Source of the DNA: Octopus vulgaris | Lineage: Eukaryota | Assembly (NCBI GenBank): GCA_951406725.2 | Contig: OX597821.1 | Span: forward strand, 40,982,001 to 41,046,000 | Length of the DNA: 64,000 nt | Direction: 5' to 3' | Shown here: piece by piece, positions 38,338 to 51,464 of the stretch | Layout: the number at the start of each line of letters is the position of its first letter | Numbering within the stretch: position 1 is the stretch's first letter | Position numbers and translations under genes: made by a program | Notes under the pieces: model-generated | What the model was told of the DNA's origin: nothing | The model's database searches: none | What the model saw: only the letters and a program-made list of their open reading frames with translations

Positions 38338-38420
38338 CTGATGAAGCATCATTACATATTTAAATGGATTTGATTATTCTTGAAAAACTTTGTTTAATTA
38401 AGGAAGCAGAAACAGCTGTA
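38338..38420 (+). ncRNA. Decayed type I hammerhead motif
   Basis: CTGATGA-agcatcatta...taaggaagca-GAAAC-AGCT-GTA; stem II has three mismatches and stem I is not evident. Confidence 0.55.
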
Positions 38421-38631
38421 AATTATGAGATGTGTCATTTGTTTGTATAAAATATTTAAATTAATTTGCATTTATAATTGTTCAATATATTGTTTTGTTT
38501 TCCATTTCTTATTTATATTTATATATTAATAAACTGTATGTTTATTTTCTCTTTATCTATTGGAATAACATTGTTATTGATACAGGTAATGTAAACCAGT
38601 AAATTCTTCAGATATTTAATATTCCTTAGGT

Positions 38632-39517
38632 GGAATGAAGCCAGTATTCCCCGTTGGATGTGTGATGTCAGTGGGCATACACCACAGAGTGTAAGCATCC
38701 TAAGAGAAAAGTTGGACTTAAGTAGCATCAGATGTGGTGTGCTAGAGAGACAACTGGGTTAGTAAGGTCATGTTTTGAAAATGGATGAGGACAGCTGTGT
38801 GAAAAAGTGTCACACTCTAGTGGTTGAGGGAACCTGCAGAAGAAATAGACCCAGGAAGACCTGGGATGAAGTGGTGAAGCATGAACTTCGAACATTGGGC
38901 CTCACTGAGGCAATGACTAGTGACCGAGACCTTTAGAGATATGATGTGCTTGAGAAGACCCAGCAAGCCAAGTGAGACCATAACGTGTGGCCTATGCCAG
39001 TAGTATATAACCAGCCCACATATCAGTACCCTTCATTCATTAGACAATAAACTTTGCTGGTGAAGACCTTTTGAGGCAAGTGAAATCAAAATCGCTGACA
39101 TGACCGATGACAGTACTGCCTGATTGGCACCTGTGCCAGTGAAACATTAAAAGCACCATCTGAGCATGATCGTTGCCAGGGCCATGGACTGGCTCCTGTG
39201 CTGGTGGCATGCAAAAAGCACCATTCGAGTATGATCATTGCCAGTGTCGTCTTACTGGCACCTGTGCCAGTGGCATGTGAAAAACAACATTCGAGTGTGG
39301 TCATTGCTAGTGCTGCCTGACTGGCCCTTGTGCAAGTGGCATGTAGAAAGCGCCCGCTACACTCTCGGAGCTGTTGGTGTTAGGAAGGGCACCCAGCGGT
39401 AGAAACTTTGCCAGATCAGACTGGAGCCCAGTGCAGCCTTCTGGCTCGCCAGTCCTCGGTCAAATCGTCCAACCCATGCCAGCATGGAAAGCAGACGTTA
39501 AATGACAATGATGATGA
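38632..39517 (+). mobile_element. 5'-truncated RTE-clade LINE, decayed
   Basis: Collinear with 23306-24092, with more copies of the 3' UTR repeat. Confidence 0.9.
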
Positions 39518-40039
39518 TATACATATACAGTCATATATATATATATATATATTATATGTATGCATATGATTGCATACATGTGTGTGTGTGTGTTATGGTC
39601 CTGATTGGGAAGAAAATCAGATTATTTCCAATGCAGTAAACCCAAGCTTGACGCTATCTACTCTCTTGAATTGGAGTCTCAACGAAAATCAAAATTCTGC
39701 TGGCGTAGAAAGTCCAAGAATCACACCAGTAAATCTAATGTGTGGTTGAAGAAAAAGGAGAAAATAGGAAATTGTGATTTAGAGAGCAGCTGGGAGTTCT
39801 TAGAAGACAACCTGTTGAGGGTAAGAGATAAACTCTGTGGCTAGTGCAAGGTCCCATTCAAGAAGAAGGGGACATTGTGATGTAGAATGAAATAAAGAGG
39901 AAGTAAAATGCCGGAGAAGATTGGGACAAAAAGTAGAAGTAAAGATTAACATCAGGCAATAAGAACAAAAATAAACATCAGGTTTACTTAACAAAGGAAG
40001 ACGCCAAAAGTTAGGGATTTTCTGATTTTCTGATACACG

Positions 40040-40480
40040 GGCATTAGGAGCATAAAGTATTTAGGACTGAAGAAGTATATGTGAGTGAAAATGAGACATC
40101 TTTAGAGTAAATTGTGTACAGAAAGATAATGGGAAAACTGGTGTTTCTGAGATCAAAAGACAAAGGGGCAGAGAAACGCTTTTACAAAAGCTAAATGAAA
40201 TAAATTGAGTGTTCCCCAAGTTGACCCTACAAAGATGCCAGCCATTGTAGTCGACAACTGTAAGGCAGGGCAAGTAGCCGATTTATCAGGAATCAAGAAT
40301 TGTACTAAGATGATTAAAATGTCAATTAGAAAGAGGCTTTACTCAATGACTAGTGTAGCAGCATCGTTGTCAACCACTACAAGGGCAAAGGAGAGGAAAT
40401 TAGGGAGGTGTCAATCTGGTGGATTGTTTGATAATTGATTAAGAAGAGGGTTGTCCAGGATGAAATGTAGTTTGGCTCTG
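40040..40480 (-). pseudogene. Possible very old Penelope-like reverse transcriptase fragment
   Basis: Weak motifs AGIFVG and QF...SHFHSHI in different frames. Confidence 0.3.
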
Positions 40481-40500
40481 AGCCAAGAAGAGCTACTACT

Positions 40501-40733
40501 TATTTCTTTACTACCCACAAGGGGATAAACACAGAGGGGACAAACAAGGACAGACAAACGGATTAAGTCGATTACATCGACCCCAGTGTGTAACTGGTAC
40601 TTAATTTATCGACCCCGAAAGGATGAAAGGCAAAGTCGACCTCGGTGGAATTTGAACTCAGAATATATCGACAGAAGAAATACGGCTATGCATTTTGCCC
40701 AGCGTGCTAACGTTTCTGCCAGCTCGCCGCCTT
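40501..40733 (-). mobile_element. SINE family B with perfect 15 bp TSD
   Basis: agaagagctactact at 40486-40500 and 40734-40748. Confidence 0.95.
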
Positions 40734-42619
40734 AGAAGAGCTACTACTGGTGTCATCTTTCTATTGACACAACTGCAGGCAGATTATTGAGCTAGATGTA
40801 ATTCTATACACCAGGCATTTATCAAGCTAGAAAACGCCTTTGGCAGGGTTTCACCTTCTGTAGTCTGGTCAGCCTGAGGAAGCTAGAGATATCTTACTTA
40901 ATGACGATTTATTGCAGCATTTAATAGCAAATCCTTTCTACATTAACATATTTTTCACAACTTAGAAAATATACAAACTGTAATTTAGCTCCCCAGCGGA
41001 TGTTTACATTGAGCTAAAGATTAGCAAGAAAGAAAATACCTACACTGAATCTATAGTTGCTCAATCCACATTCCAAGTCCAGGTTTATATCAGTAATTAT
41101 TGGGGTGCTGGGATATGTAACACAATGCCTAAATGCCTATCTTGAGAAATTAGGCTTCTAAACACCAGAAAGGAGAAAGCTGATTTGAAGACTACAGATC
41201 CAATCCATCACTGGAACTGTAAAGATCTGTAAAACTTTCCAGAAGTTTATCATTTAAATATATATGAGCATGTCTAGATATGCAACTATATGCATGAGAA
41301 TGCATACATAAAGCAACACATACAAATCTGTACATATGCATACATACAAAAATATCCTGTTGATGTTGTTGAAATTCCATTGGAAGTTTAACCCCAGGCA
41401 GATTCTCCACCAGTTGGTTTCCGATGCAATGTTCTCCATACTTTATATGCAATATATCGCTAGCAGGGAGAGTGAACCCTTACTAAATTCCATCAGCTAA
41501 AAGGATCGCAGAACTGGCCTAGTTTCAAGCTAATTGGCTCTTCATCAGCTGCATGCACCTGCACAATGGAATGACAGCTTAGATCCACTTCTGCCAGCGA
41601 TATAATTAAAGTGACCATTGATCACTGATTTGCGACAAGCAAAGTAGCAAGTTTAGTATCCATTACTGCTCTATCTCTTCTTGAGATTTTATAGCTTGCT
41701 ACTTTGTTTATAAATATTTAGTTGAAGAGAAGTAATTAAATTTTCCCTGTTAACATACCTACTGCATATGATAGCTTGGTACTCAGTGCACTGAGACAGT
41801 CGTTGGTAGGCCACTGGTATTAGGTAAAGTGTTAAACACTGATAATATACGAATTAGACTTCCTAGTTCTCTGTAGCTACTGGGTTCGTTGAGTACACAA
41901 ACAGACTGGTTGATCATTTTTCTGGGAATGGTTAAGTAACATTAGACACTTTTGATGAGAACCCAATAAGGATCAGAAATCAATTAAGGTTGTTTGTTAT
42001 TTTTTTACAGTCTATGGAGAATTAGTTAATTTTGCTTTGTTGTATATCTGTTGCATAGTCTGTGCAGACACACACACACACACATAACTATATGTATATG
42101 ATATATAATGTTCTTTCATTTACAACTAACTGAGTTAACTTATAAATATGTTTACATTTCTATCAAAGACATTTTTGTCCAAAGTGAGACATTGAATAAA
42201 TTCTCATTATAAATTAACACTGTTCTTATTTATAAGTGAAAGCAAAGCTGATTTTCTGTCCAATATCTTTTGTCAAAGTTCATGTTTGTAGTTTAATATT
42301 TGTCATAAATATCATATTTATAATCTTGACTTTTAGTTTCACTGGGAAAATATAAAAGCCATCTTGCTTGAGATGCATTATCTCAGATCCATTGGCAATA
42401 AATTGTGATATAACATAAACCAGAATTAAGTGGACAGGCTCAGAATAACATCTGAATATCTCTAAACAAAATCCTTACTGTGGGTAGTAAGAGGGTATCA
42501 TACTAGCTATAAACTCCAATTGGATGTTTCATTCCATCAGTGACCAGTTATGTACGTTATAGAATCGCTGAAGCAAACCAATCCAAGATTGATTAACTTA
42601 TCCAAGATTGATAAACAAG

Positions 42620-42652
<33 letters not shown>

Positions 42653-42999
42653 GTGTTTTACATCCAGTTTTTGAAGCTGGTATGGGTTGGATGTTTTTAG
42701 CTTTTTTCTTCTAAGGGAGTATTTTATGGTTGAATACACTCCGAGTCACTCACCCTATCAATCCTTTCCAATGACATACAGGAATGTATGAGGTGTTGAT
42801 ATTCTTGAACCAGAATACATCTGGTAAATTGTATATTACAAAAAGAAAAAAAATTAAGAAAATCACCATAGCAACAACATCAAATTCATGAATACTAACA
42901 TAAGATTTGCAATGCAAAATAAATGATGATTTGACAAATAGGGATGGTAAAATATAACAAAATAAAATAATAATAATAATGATGATGATGATGATAATT

Positions 43000-43955
43000 T
43001 AGCTGAAACTCATGTCAGATCAGAGGAAATATTAAGAATGACAAATAGTAGTAAAAAAAAATTAAAATAATAATATCAGTGATGTTAATAATAATAATGA
43101 AAGAAAGCAGTTGGAATCTCCCTATGCTCTGATTGATGATACATCTAGTGATGGTGTCACAATAAAATCCCTGATAATCCCTACCTCATATGAGTGATAA
43201 TGAAGAAACAAAAATATTTTGAATAACGGTGGTAAGGAAATTGAATACCTTGATGGTGACAGTGTTGCACCCAGTAGGCTCAGAGATACTGGTCCAACTC
43301 CAGCCTGTCGTTATCCAGCAAGGGACCAGCACACACGGCGTAGATGGAACAAACAGGTCAATGCTGTGGTCATGGAGTGTTACTACCTAAACAGCCCCAT
43401 AGACAAAAATCGTGTTCCTCTTAGGGGATACCAAAAACGTATGTATGATCAATGGAGAGGATTGTTTCAACTCACAGAACAGAGATTGTGTGATCAAGCT
43501 AGAGCAATAAGAAAAAACTGTTGGTTCACAGAAGTAGAGCTCAAAGTTACCAAAAGATGGGTATTGGGAAAACAGCAGTAGAGGAAACAATGAAAATACA
43601 GTTCTTATTGATAAAAGTAATCTCATAGGAGAAAACAGAGGTGAGATCTCTAATAAACCACAGGAAAGGAATAGTGATAGCTTGCTCAATGAGATACATA
43701 TAGAGAGTTTGGTAGAAGACAATAAAACTAATGGTGACATGATAGATGGGCAAAAGGCAACCTACGACAGAATAAAGGCATGGCTACAGAAGAACAATAG
43801 CGACGTTATTTGCAACCTTAAAAAGGTTAATCGGTGGAAATTGAACCAAGAAACGAAAAATGCAAATGAAATTCTGAAATACATCAGAACAAACAACATC
43901 ATAGAAACAAATAATTTAGTCAAGGCAGCAAGTATCATTGTAGCAGAAAATGTGG
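43000..43955 (+). pseudogene. Dong/R4-like retrotransposon N-terminal ORF fragment
   Basis: [19 protein letters not shown]...[10 protein letters not shown]...[23 protein letters not shown]; frameshifted; flanked by (AAT)/(ATC) repeats. Confidence 0.7.
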
Positions 43956-43993
43956 TCTTTTGTATTCGTGTTGTGTTTTGTATTATTATTTTT

Positions 43994-44034
<41 letters not shown>

Positions 44035-44075
44035 TATCATCATAATCATAATTATCATTGTCGTTGTTGTTGTTA

Positions 44076-44125
<50 letters not shown>

Positions 44126-44643
44126 GAGTGAGAGAGCAGTACATGCCATCAAAGTGACACTGAGGTAAAATATACGAAGCCCAATATACCCATCATGACT
44201 ATCCGTCTGATAAGGGTACACCAGGCACATGCATAACAACCATATGTGCGCAACAAGATAAACAGTGCAGTTAGAATTTTCTTCTGGTCGAGTAGCCCAT
44301 CCCACTCAAAAGGTCCCTGAATAAGGATTGTTTAAGGATGTTGAACGAACCACCCATGTTTCCAAAAGTGAATTAGCCAAACCTCTAAAAATTCCTTTCA
44401 GCATACGGCTATGATGCTCCCCCACTACTTCTGCTCATGATCAGAGATGCACATATCGTCAGCCAACAAGGGACATGCTCAACTGGTTAAGGTCAAACAA
44501 CTGACAAGCAAATCTGTGGTATTGAGCAGAATATTTGCTGTAGCCCATCTTTCATACCAAGACAAAACAATGTACATGATAACACTTCCAATCAGTTAAG
44601 ATCAGCAGCCATGAGAGCCACTGCCTGGTACTGCATCAGGGCA
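44126..44643 (-). mobile_element. (TAA)n-embedded ~0.5 kb repeat, longest copy
   Basis: Reverse complement of 20497-20969 plus about 80 bp extra at the 5' end. Confidence 0.85.
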
Positions 44644-44660
44644 TTTATTATTATTATTAT

Positions 44661-45040
44661 TCTATGTTTGACTTTTGCTTTATATTTGTACAAGTTGGCT
44701 CCAAGTCTCACCCAGAGACCTCAAGAGACAACAAGTTGTAAGTTCATATTAGTGTTATGCCTAGGGTGCCGTATATTTGGTTTTGTACTTAGTGTTGTAC
44801 TAGTGAATGTCTAAAAAACCATACAAAAATTATTTGTTTTAAAACTTGAGATTACATAGAAAGTATTTTGCATAGGATATGAGCAGTTCCCATGAGCACT
44901 ATCTTTTGAATTTCTTCCATTTTTGGGTTTCCTGGTATCTGAGTTAGGTAGGGCACCTATGACAACAGGTATTGTTTTAGTCTTCAGGTTCCACATTTTG
45001 CTGATTTCTATTTCAAGATCTTTATATTTGCTCAGTTTTT
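44661..45040 (-). mobile_element. Dong/R4-like 3' fragment, third subfamily
   Basis: KLSKYKDLEIEISKMWNLKTKTIPVVIGAL on the minus strand; (TTA)n flanks. Confidence 0.8.
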
Positions 45041-45052
45041 GGTAGGTTATAA

Positions 45053-45088
45053 TTATTATTTCTTCTTCTTCTTCTTCTTCTTCTTCTT

Positions 45089-45119
<31 letters not shown>

Positions 45120-45125
45120 TTCTTA

Positions 45126-45198
<73 letters not shown>

Positions 45199-45200
45199 CA

Positions 45201-45292
<92 letters not shown>
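45053..45292. repeat. (TTC)n(TTA)n microsatellite
   Basis: Directly visible. Confidence 0.97.
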
Positions 45293-45295
<3 letters not shown>

Positions 45296-45879
45296 CATAA
45301 GGAGGCTTAGCAACAGTCAAATTGTATTGAACAAAATTATCAAATCAGTGCAGAAGACAAAATTGAAATGCTTGATGTGTAAAGACTTGCAGTTATGTCC
45401 ACTTAATACTTGAAAATGGTGAAATTACAGTAAGCACTATAGTACAAATATATTCACAGAAACAAGGAATAACAAAGCAATAGCAATGGAATTGCCATGT
45501 TTTATGGTTTCTTCTATTAAACAAGGAAATTCTTGACTGGAATTACATTGTCAGTAAATGAAGTTTGTAACCCAGTTAAAGTTCCTGGTTAGAACCTGAA
45601 GCCAATTCTTTTCACTTTCATTACAAAATCTTTTGAAGAAAGACTTAATATCCCCAAATCCTAGTTTTCTATTGCAGATATAGGGCTTTATGTTTAATGA
45701 GCAGAAAATAATTTTTTTATTGGTGGAAGTAAGAGCAGATAGGTTTTAACGATGAAATTTACTGTAATTTGTATAATTTTGTTCCTCATATATTCTGCTT
45801 AATGGACTATAGCAGAACTGTGGCACTGGCTCCAACCCAGTGTTATACAGTCATTATATTTTTGATTCTATCTGAACCA

Positions 45880-46515
45880 TTTCTTTCTGCCATGGAGACA
45901 CAAACTCTTTCACCTCCTTTGTCATCCTGTCACTCATCTCTCCATTTCATCTCATTCATCTCTGACAATTCCTTCAATTTCCTTCACGTTATCCTCTCTG
46001 TCCAACCATTTCATCCCCACCTTTACTTCAAACCACCAACTCCCACCCCTACCTTGGTTTTTTTTCCTCCTCCCACCACGCCTACACCTAGCACACCACT
46101 CCCTATTCTAACTTCCTCTCTCTCTCCTCTGTCTCTGTAACCATAGTCATGACTTTGACACTCAGACTCACCACATGGCCAGTCTATTTACTCAATGCCA
46201 TTATTCACCCCCACCCTTATCAATTGTATATGTTTATCAAGTTTATTTTATTGTCATTCTGCTCTTCACCCCGTCCACCCTGCATCTGAAATCCAACATA
46301 CTACATCCTCGTTTCCCTCGACAACACTCCACCAAGCTCTCTCTCTCTCTCCAATGCACCAGCTTCCACTTCTTCTGACACCTTCAGTCTCATCCTATCA
46401 CACTTCGTTTCTACTCTCTTCCAATTGTTCTCTCACTTAAGCCTGACCACAACCTATACATCCACACTCACCTCAGCTGATGAGAATAGACAGTTAATTA
46501 GCAGTCATTCATGGA
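45880..46515 (+). pseudogene. Decayed Penelope-like element fragment
   Basis: SSCHSSLHFISFISDNSFNFLHVILS...LYFKP resembles the Penelope RT motif N.FHP.LKFT..IS.....FLD......YKPT; C-rich tail; CTGATGA plus hairpin near 46477. Confidence 0.5.
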
Positions 46516-46585
46516 CTGAACTCAAAATTAAACTGAAGCAAGAAAACAGGTGAAGTATCTTATGTGACGCTATAATATAAAACTA

Positions 46586-47143
46586 TTGGGTTGTCCGGAA
46601 AGTTCGTGCCAATTTATAGTAGCTTACCTTTCGACTTATTTTAGAACATGGTTCAGTCCATAAAACAGGATTTGACTACACCTCCATTTAGATCACAGTT
46701 TAAACCATATTTTCGCAGAAGAAGGTTTATGTTCCTGTGTTAATTCTGTAACCCTTTAAAATGGAAGATAAGAAAGTTCATTTTCGGCACTTGATGCTTT
46801 AGGAACCAGACAAAAATTGCCGCAGTTCAGTTGAGATGTGTTACCCCACCCTCCATATTCACCAGATATTGCTCCGTCAGATTTCCACTTATTTAGGTCT
46901 CTGCAGAATAGTCTAAATGGTAAAATTTCAATTCCTTGGATGACGTAAAAATATACCTTGATGAATTCTTTGCCATGAAACCACCTCAATTATGGGAAGA
47001 GGGTATTTTCAAGTAAAAGGAAAGATAGAGATGCATTGTGCAACAAAATGGTTCATATTTGGTTGATTAAAAATGTAATGGCAAGTATTTATTGACCTTT
47101 TTCTTTCCTTTAAAAATTGGCACGAACTTTCCGGAAAACCCAG
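46586..47143 (+). mobile_element. Internally deleted mariner, 558 bp
   Basis: TA flanks; ~30 bp TIRs ttgggttgtccggaaagttcgtgccaattt / aaattggcacgaactttccggaaaacccag; MEDKKVHFRHLML joined to VLPHPPYSPDIAPSDFHLFRSLQNSL. Confidence 0.93.
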
Positions 47144-47732
47144 TAACATAATACTCTTGGTCAGAACAGATCTGAGAATGATTGACACTCCAATGGATGT
47201 AGGGCAGATGAGGCCTTTCAGCTCTTTAGCTGCTCATCTAAGAGAAGATAACTCCATACAAATCCTGTCTCCTGATCCATGGTGCACTTGTTGCACCAGA
47301 TCAATACAATCTTGAAGGATGAGAAAGTGAGACTGGCTCTGCATAGACCATGCCTCCTATGATAATATTCACCATGGAGGTTGTTCAGCAAACCAAGACA
47401 CCAGCATCAACACCATCTTACTTCTTTCATAAGTCCAGTGATGTTGGCGAAGAGGCAATGTGGACAAGAAGCAAATGCCACTGGAATTCTTCAGCTTTTA
47501 CTCTGCACACAGCCATAGAATGATGTCCATTTTCCACTGACCTGCAGAACACTGAGCATCTGTGTATTGCTGAAATAATCTACAACAGCAAAATACTATT
47601 GGTAGCAACTGGAGCATGAGCTTAGCTCATCGTTCATCTTAACCACTGCAACTCATCTTCATTCTCTTCAAGAGAATATGGTTGCCTTCTTTTCCTTTAC
47701 CTGGAAATATGTTTAGTTTCTTAGATTAGAGA

Positions 47733-47948
47733 TTTTATTCTTTTATTTGTTTCAGTCATTTGATTGTGGCCATGCTGGAGCACTGCCTTTAGTTGAACAA
47801 ATCGACCCCAGAACTTCTTGTTTGTATGCCTAGTACTTATTCTATCAGGCTCTTTTACTGAACTGCTAAGTTATGGGGACATAAATACACCAACATCGGT
47901 TGTCAAGCAATGGTGGATGAACAAACATAAACACACAAATGCATACAT

Positions 47949-48036
<88 letters not shown>

Positions 48037-48188
48037 CAGGCTTCTTTCAGTTTCTGTCTACTAAATCCAGTTTGGTTGGCCCAAGGCTATAGTAGAAGAC
48101 ACTTGCCCAAGGTCCTACACAGTGGGACTGAACCTGGAACCATGTAATTGGGAAGCAAGCTTCTTACCACACAGCCACAACTGCACCT
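47733..48188 (-). mobile_element. SINE family A
   Basis: Family sequence. Confidence 0.88.
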
Positions 48189-48206
48189 GAAACAAATCAA
48201 GATTTC

Positions 48207-48268
<62 letters not shown>

Positions 48269-48277
48269 CATCATTAT

Positions 48278-48452
48278 TAAAAGCACCCACTACACTCACG
48301 GAGTGGTTGGCGTTAGGAAGGGCATCCAGCCGTAGAAACACTGCCAGATCTGACTGGGCCTGATGAAGCCTTCCAGCTTCACAGACCCCAGTTGAACCGT
48401 CCAACCCATGCTAGCATGGAAAACGGACGCTAAATGTTGATGATGATGATGA
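48278..48452 (+). mobile_element. RTE 3' tail fragment
   Basis: aaagcacccactacactc...ggaagggcatccag...gatgatg. Confidence 0.85.
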
Positions 48453-48508
48453 TTATTATTATTGTTGTTTTTGTTGTTGTTGTTGTTGTTATTATTGTTA
48501 TTATTATA

Positions 48509-48568
<60 letters not shown>

Positions 48569-48752
48569 GGCTGATAGATGAGAACTGATAGATGTGTAAG
48601 CATGCCAGGACAAGTGCTTTTCAGCATTTCATTCATCTTTAAGACCTGAGTTCAAATTCTGCTGAGGTCAACTTTGTTTTTCATCCTTTTGGGGTCAATA
48701 AAATAAGTACCAGAATTGCTGGACTTGTGCTAAAATTTGAAACCATAATTAT

Positions 48753-49036
48753 TTTTAATTATAACGCAAGTAAATGCTCAACATTAATGTTTCTATACTT
48801 CCACCTTTAAAGAATTTACCATAAAATTACAAAAATGATTGTTAGTAAAATCCAGATAAACATCCAGAAGCAATGAATTAAAACTTGAAGAAATTAATAA
48901 CTGTAATGAACTTTATGCAGTTTATTGTGTACACATTTACAGAAGACAAAACAACAACAATATCAATAACATCAACAACAAAAATTCTCAATTTGATAAT
49001 AAAATAAACTTGGTGAACATATAGAATAGAAAATTG
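48753..49036 (+). repeat. Copy 1 of a diverged ~280 bp direct duplication
   Basis: Collinear with 52739-53012. Confidence 0.85.
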
Positions 49037-50289
49037 TTTACAATTTCGATATTAAGTGAAAAATATGAATATGTTTAGATATTAGATAAAAATGATATTT
49101 ATGATTCATCAAACCTTTTGAAGTGAGAAAAAGTTCCAAATATTTTGCAATAATTGTAAATAAATGATTTGTTGTTGATAGCGATGGTATTGTTTTGAAA
49201 TTTATCAACAATAAAAATTTCTTAAAATGCAAGAATCAAGCAAAGTGTTTTCACAGTGACAAGCAAAACAGGAATCGGTGAACAGGATGGGAGGAAAAAT
49301 GAAATAACAGCAATGTTTTTAGTGAAGAAGAATAACAAAACAACCCGATGAAAAGGACAGGAAAATATAGTAATGAATATTCTGATATATAATAAAATAT
49401 AATATAAATTGTATGCGTATATATGTATGTATAAATATATATTTAGATAGATAAAAAGATAAATTGATAGATAGATAAATAGATAGATATATGTATATGT
49501 GTGTTTATATATATACACACGCACATATAATATATTCTTCTTTGTGCTATATTGAAGTGCTTCCTTGTTAAAAAGACTTAAAATTTGAATGGCTTTCATA
49601 TCACTAAAAATACTGATGCTTGCTTTTGATTACTGAGTAACCCCATTCAACTCTACTTAATCAAAACTCTGTTCTAGATGCAACGCACAGGAGCAATTTC
49701 TATATCAGATACCATGAATATTAGACTAATACTTTCTATATTAATATTGCGGCCTTCTTCGAGTGATTCCACTGCTGTTTCTGTGAATGCCCATGCTGGT
49801 TTTAGTTATTTATTTTCTCTTGATTGCACATCGTCTATTTACTGACAGCGTTGACAACACCAACCTCGCTGACATATTGTTGGTGTTGGGAAGGATTTGT
49901 GCAATACATGTGGAAGAAATTGATTCTGTTAAGTGTAATGTGAGGTACAAAATAGAGTTCTCTCCTGTGGCTGGAGAATAAAATATCAGTTTGCTTGATG
50001 TAAGATTAATCTGGCCTGTTGAATCCCAATGATAAAAGCAGAAAATATTCCACCAGTGACTCTGTTATCTAACAATAACATAATTATAACGACGATTGAC
50101 ATAGGATGATTTCCCTTAAAGATATTGGCATCTCTTCACATATCTGTCTTATCTAGGTGAGCTGCAAAAAGGGATTTCTTAATAAAGGCTATTAATTTAC
50201 TCAATTAGGGAATTACCAGGTGACAATCATGTTGTTCTCAAAGACATCACTGAAATATATATTTGTACAGGCATAACTTTAGGTGTGTG

Positions 50290-50610
50290 TGTTGTGGCTG
50301 TGTGGTAAATAAGCTTGTTTCCCAATCATGTAGTCTTTGGTTCAGTCTCGCTGTGGGCACATTGCTCAAGTGTCATCTATAATAGCACTGGGCTGACCAA
50401 AGCCTTGTGAATGCATTTGGCAGAAGAAAAATTAAAGAAGCCCTTTGTGTGTGTGTGTCTTTATGTTTTCCCCCACCACTACTGGAAAACTAGTGTTGGT
50501 TTGTTTATGTCCCTACAGCTTAGCAATTCAGTGAAAAATACTGATGCATTAAGAACGAAGGTCATAAAAATAAGTCCTGGTGCAATCAAATGAGTGAAAT
50601 GAGTAAAAGA
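50290..50610 (+). mobile_element. SINE family A, degenerate
   Basis: Family similarity. Confidence 0.75.
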
Positions 50611-50822
50611 TGAAGATAAATCAGGAATTGCTATTAAATTATGAGACTGGTTCACCAGAAGCACTTTATTATTTAACTTCAATGCATCGGACAAATTCTA
50701 AGATTAAAGATTTCTGGAACAAATCAAGATTAAGCACAGAGGTTGATGTAATCCACTTACCCCTCCCCCACCAAATTTCAGGCCATGTGCCTAAAGTAGA
50801 AAGGATTATCATTATTATTATT

Positions 50823-51097
50823 ATTGCCTTTGCACAGCTTCTAACACTGGAGATGTTCTATGGTGCCAGCTGTTCACTACCAGTGAACTAAGGTAACACC
50901 TCTTATTTTACAAACACCTTCTGGAATATTCAAGCGGTTCCAAGCAGTGCTGTTTTCTGCAAGTGCTCCACCCATATTGCAGCCCCTATTTGTTTCATGT
51001 ACTTCTCAAGATTTTTACTCACTGTTCCCAGGGTTCCAACAATTATTGGGTACTACTACCATCTTTTTCATTGACCACAACTGTTATTAATTATTAC

Positions 51098-51133
<36 letters not shown>

Positions 51134-51449
51134 CATTATTATTATTATTATTATTATTATAATTATTATTATTATTAGTATTATTATTATTGTCTTTGCA
51201 CAGCTTCTAATGCTGGAGATGTACTGCAGTGTCAGATGTTCGCTACCATTGAACTAAGGTAACACTTCTTATTTTTCGAGCACCTTCCGAAGTATTCAAG
51301 AGGTTCCAAGCAGTGCTGTTTCCTGCAAGTACTCTGCCCTCATTGCAGCCCCTATTTGTTCCATGTACTTCTCGAGATTTTTACTTACTGTTCCTAGGGC
51401 TCCAACAATTATTGATATTACTGCTACCTTTTTCAGCAACCACAACTGT
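50823..51449 (-). mobile_element. Two tandem Dong/R4-like 3' fragments separated by (TTA)n
   Basis: Both (50823-51083 and 51189-51449) match 17613-17888. Confidence 0.85.
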
Positions 51450-51464
51450 TATTATTATTATTAT

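Noticed and set aside
49853-49888. 10 bp hairpin caacaccaac/gttggtgttg as a possible miRNA
   Set aside because: Stem too short for a pre-miRNA and no recognised mature sequence
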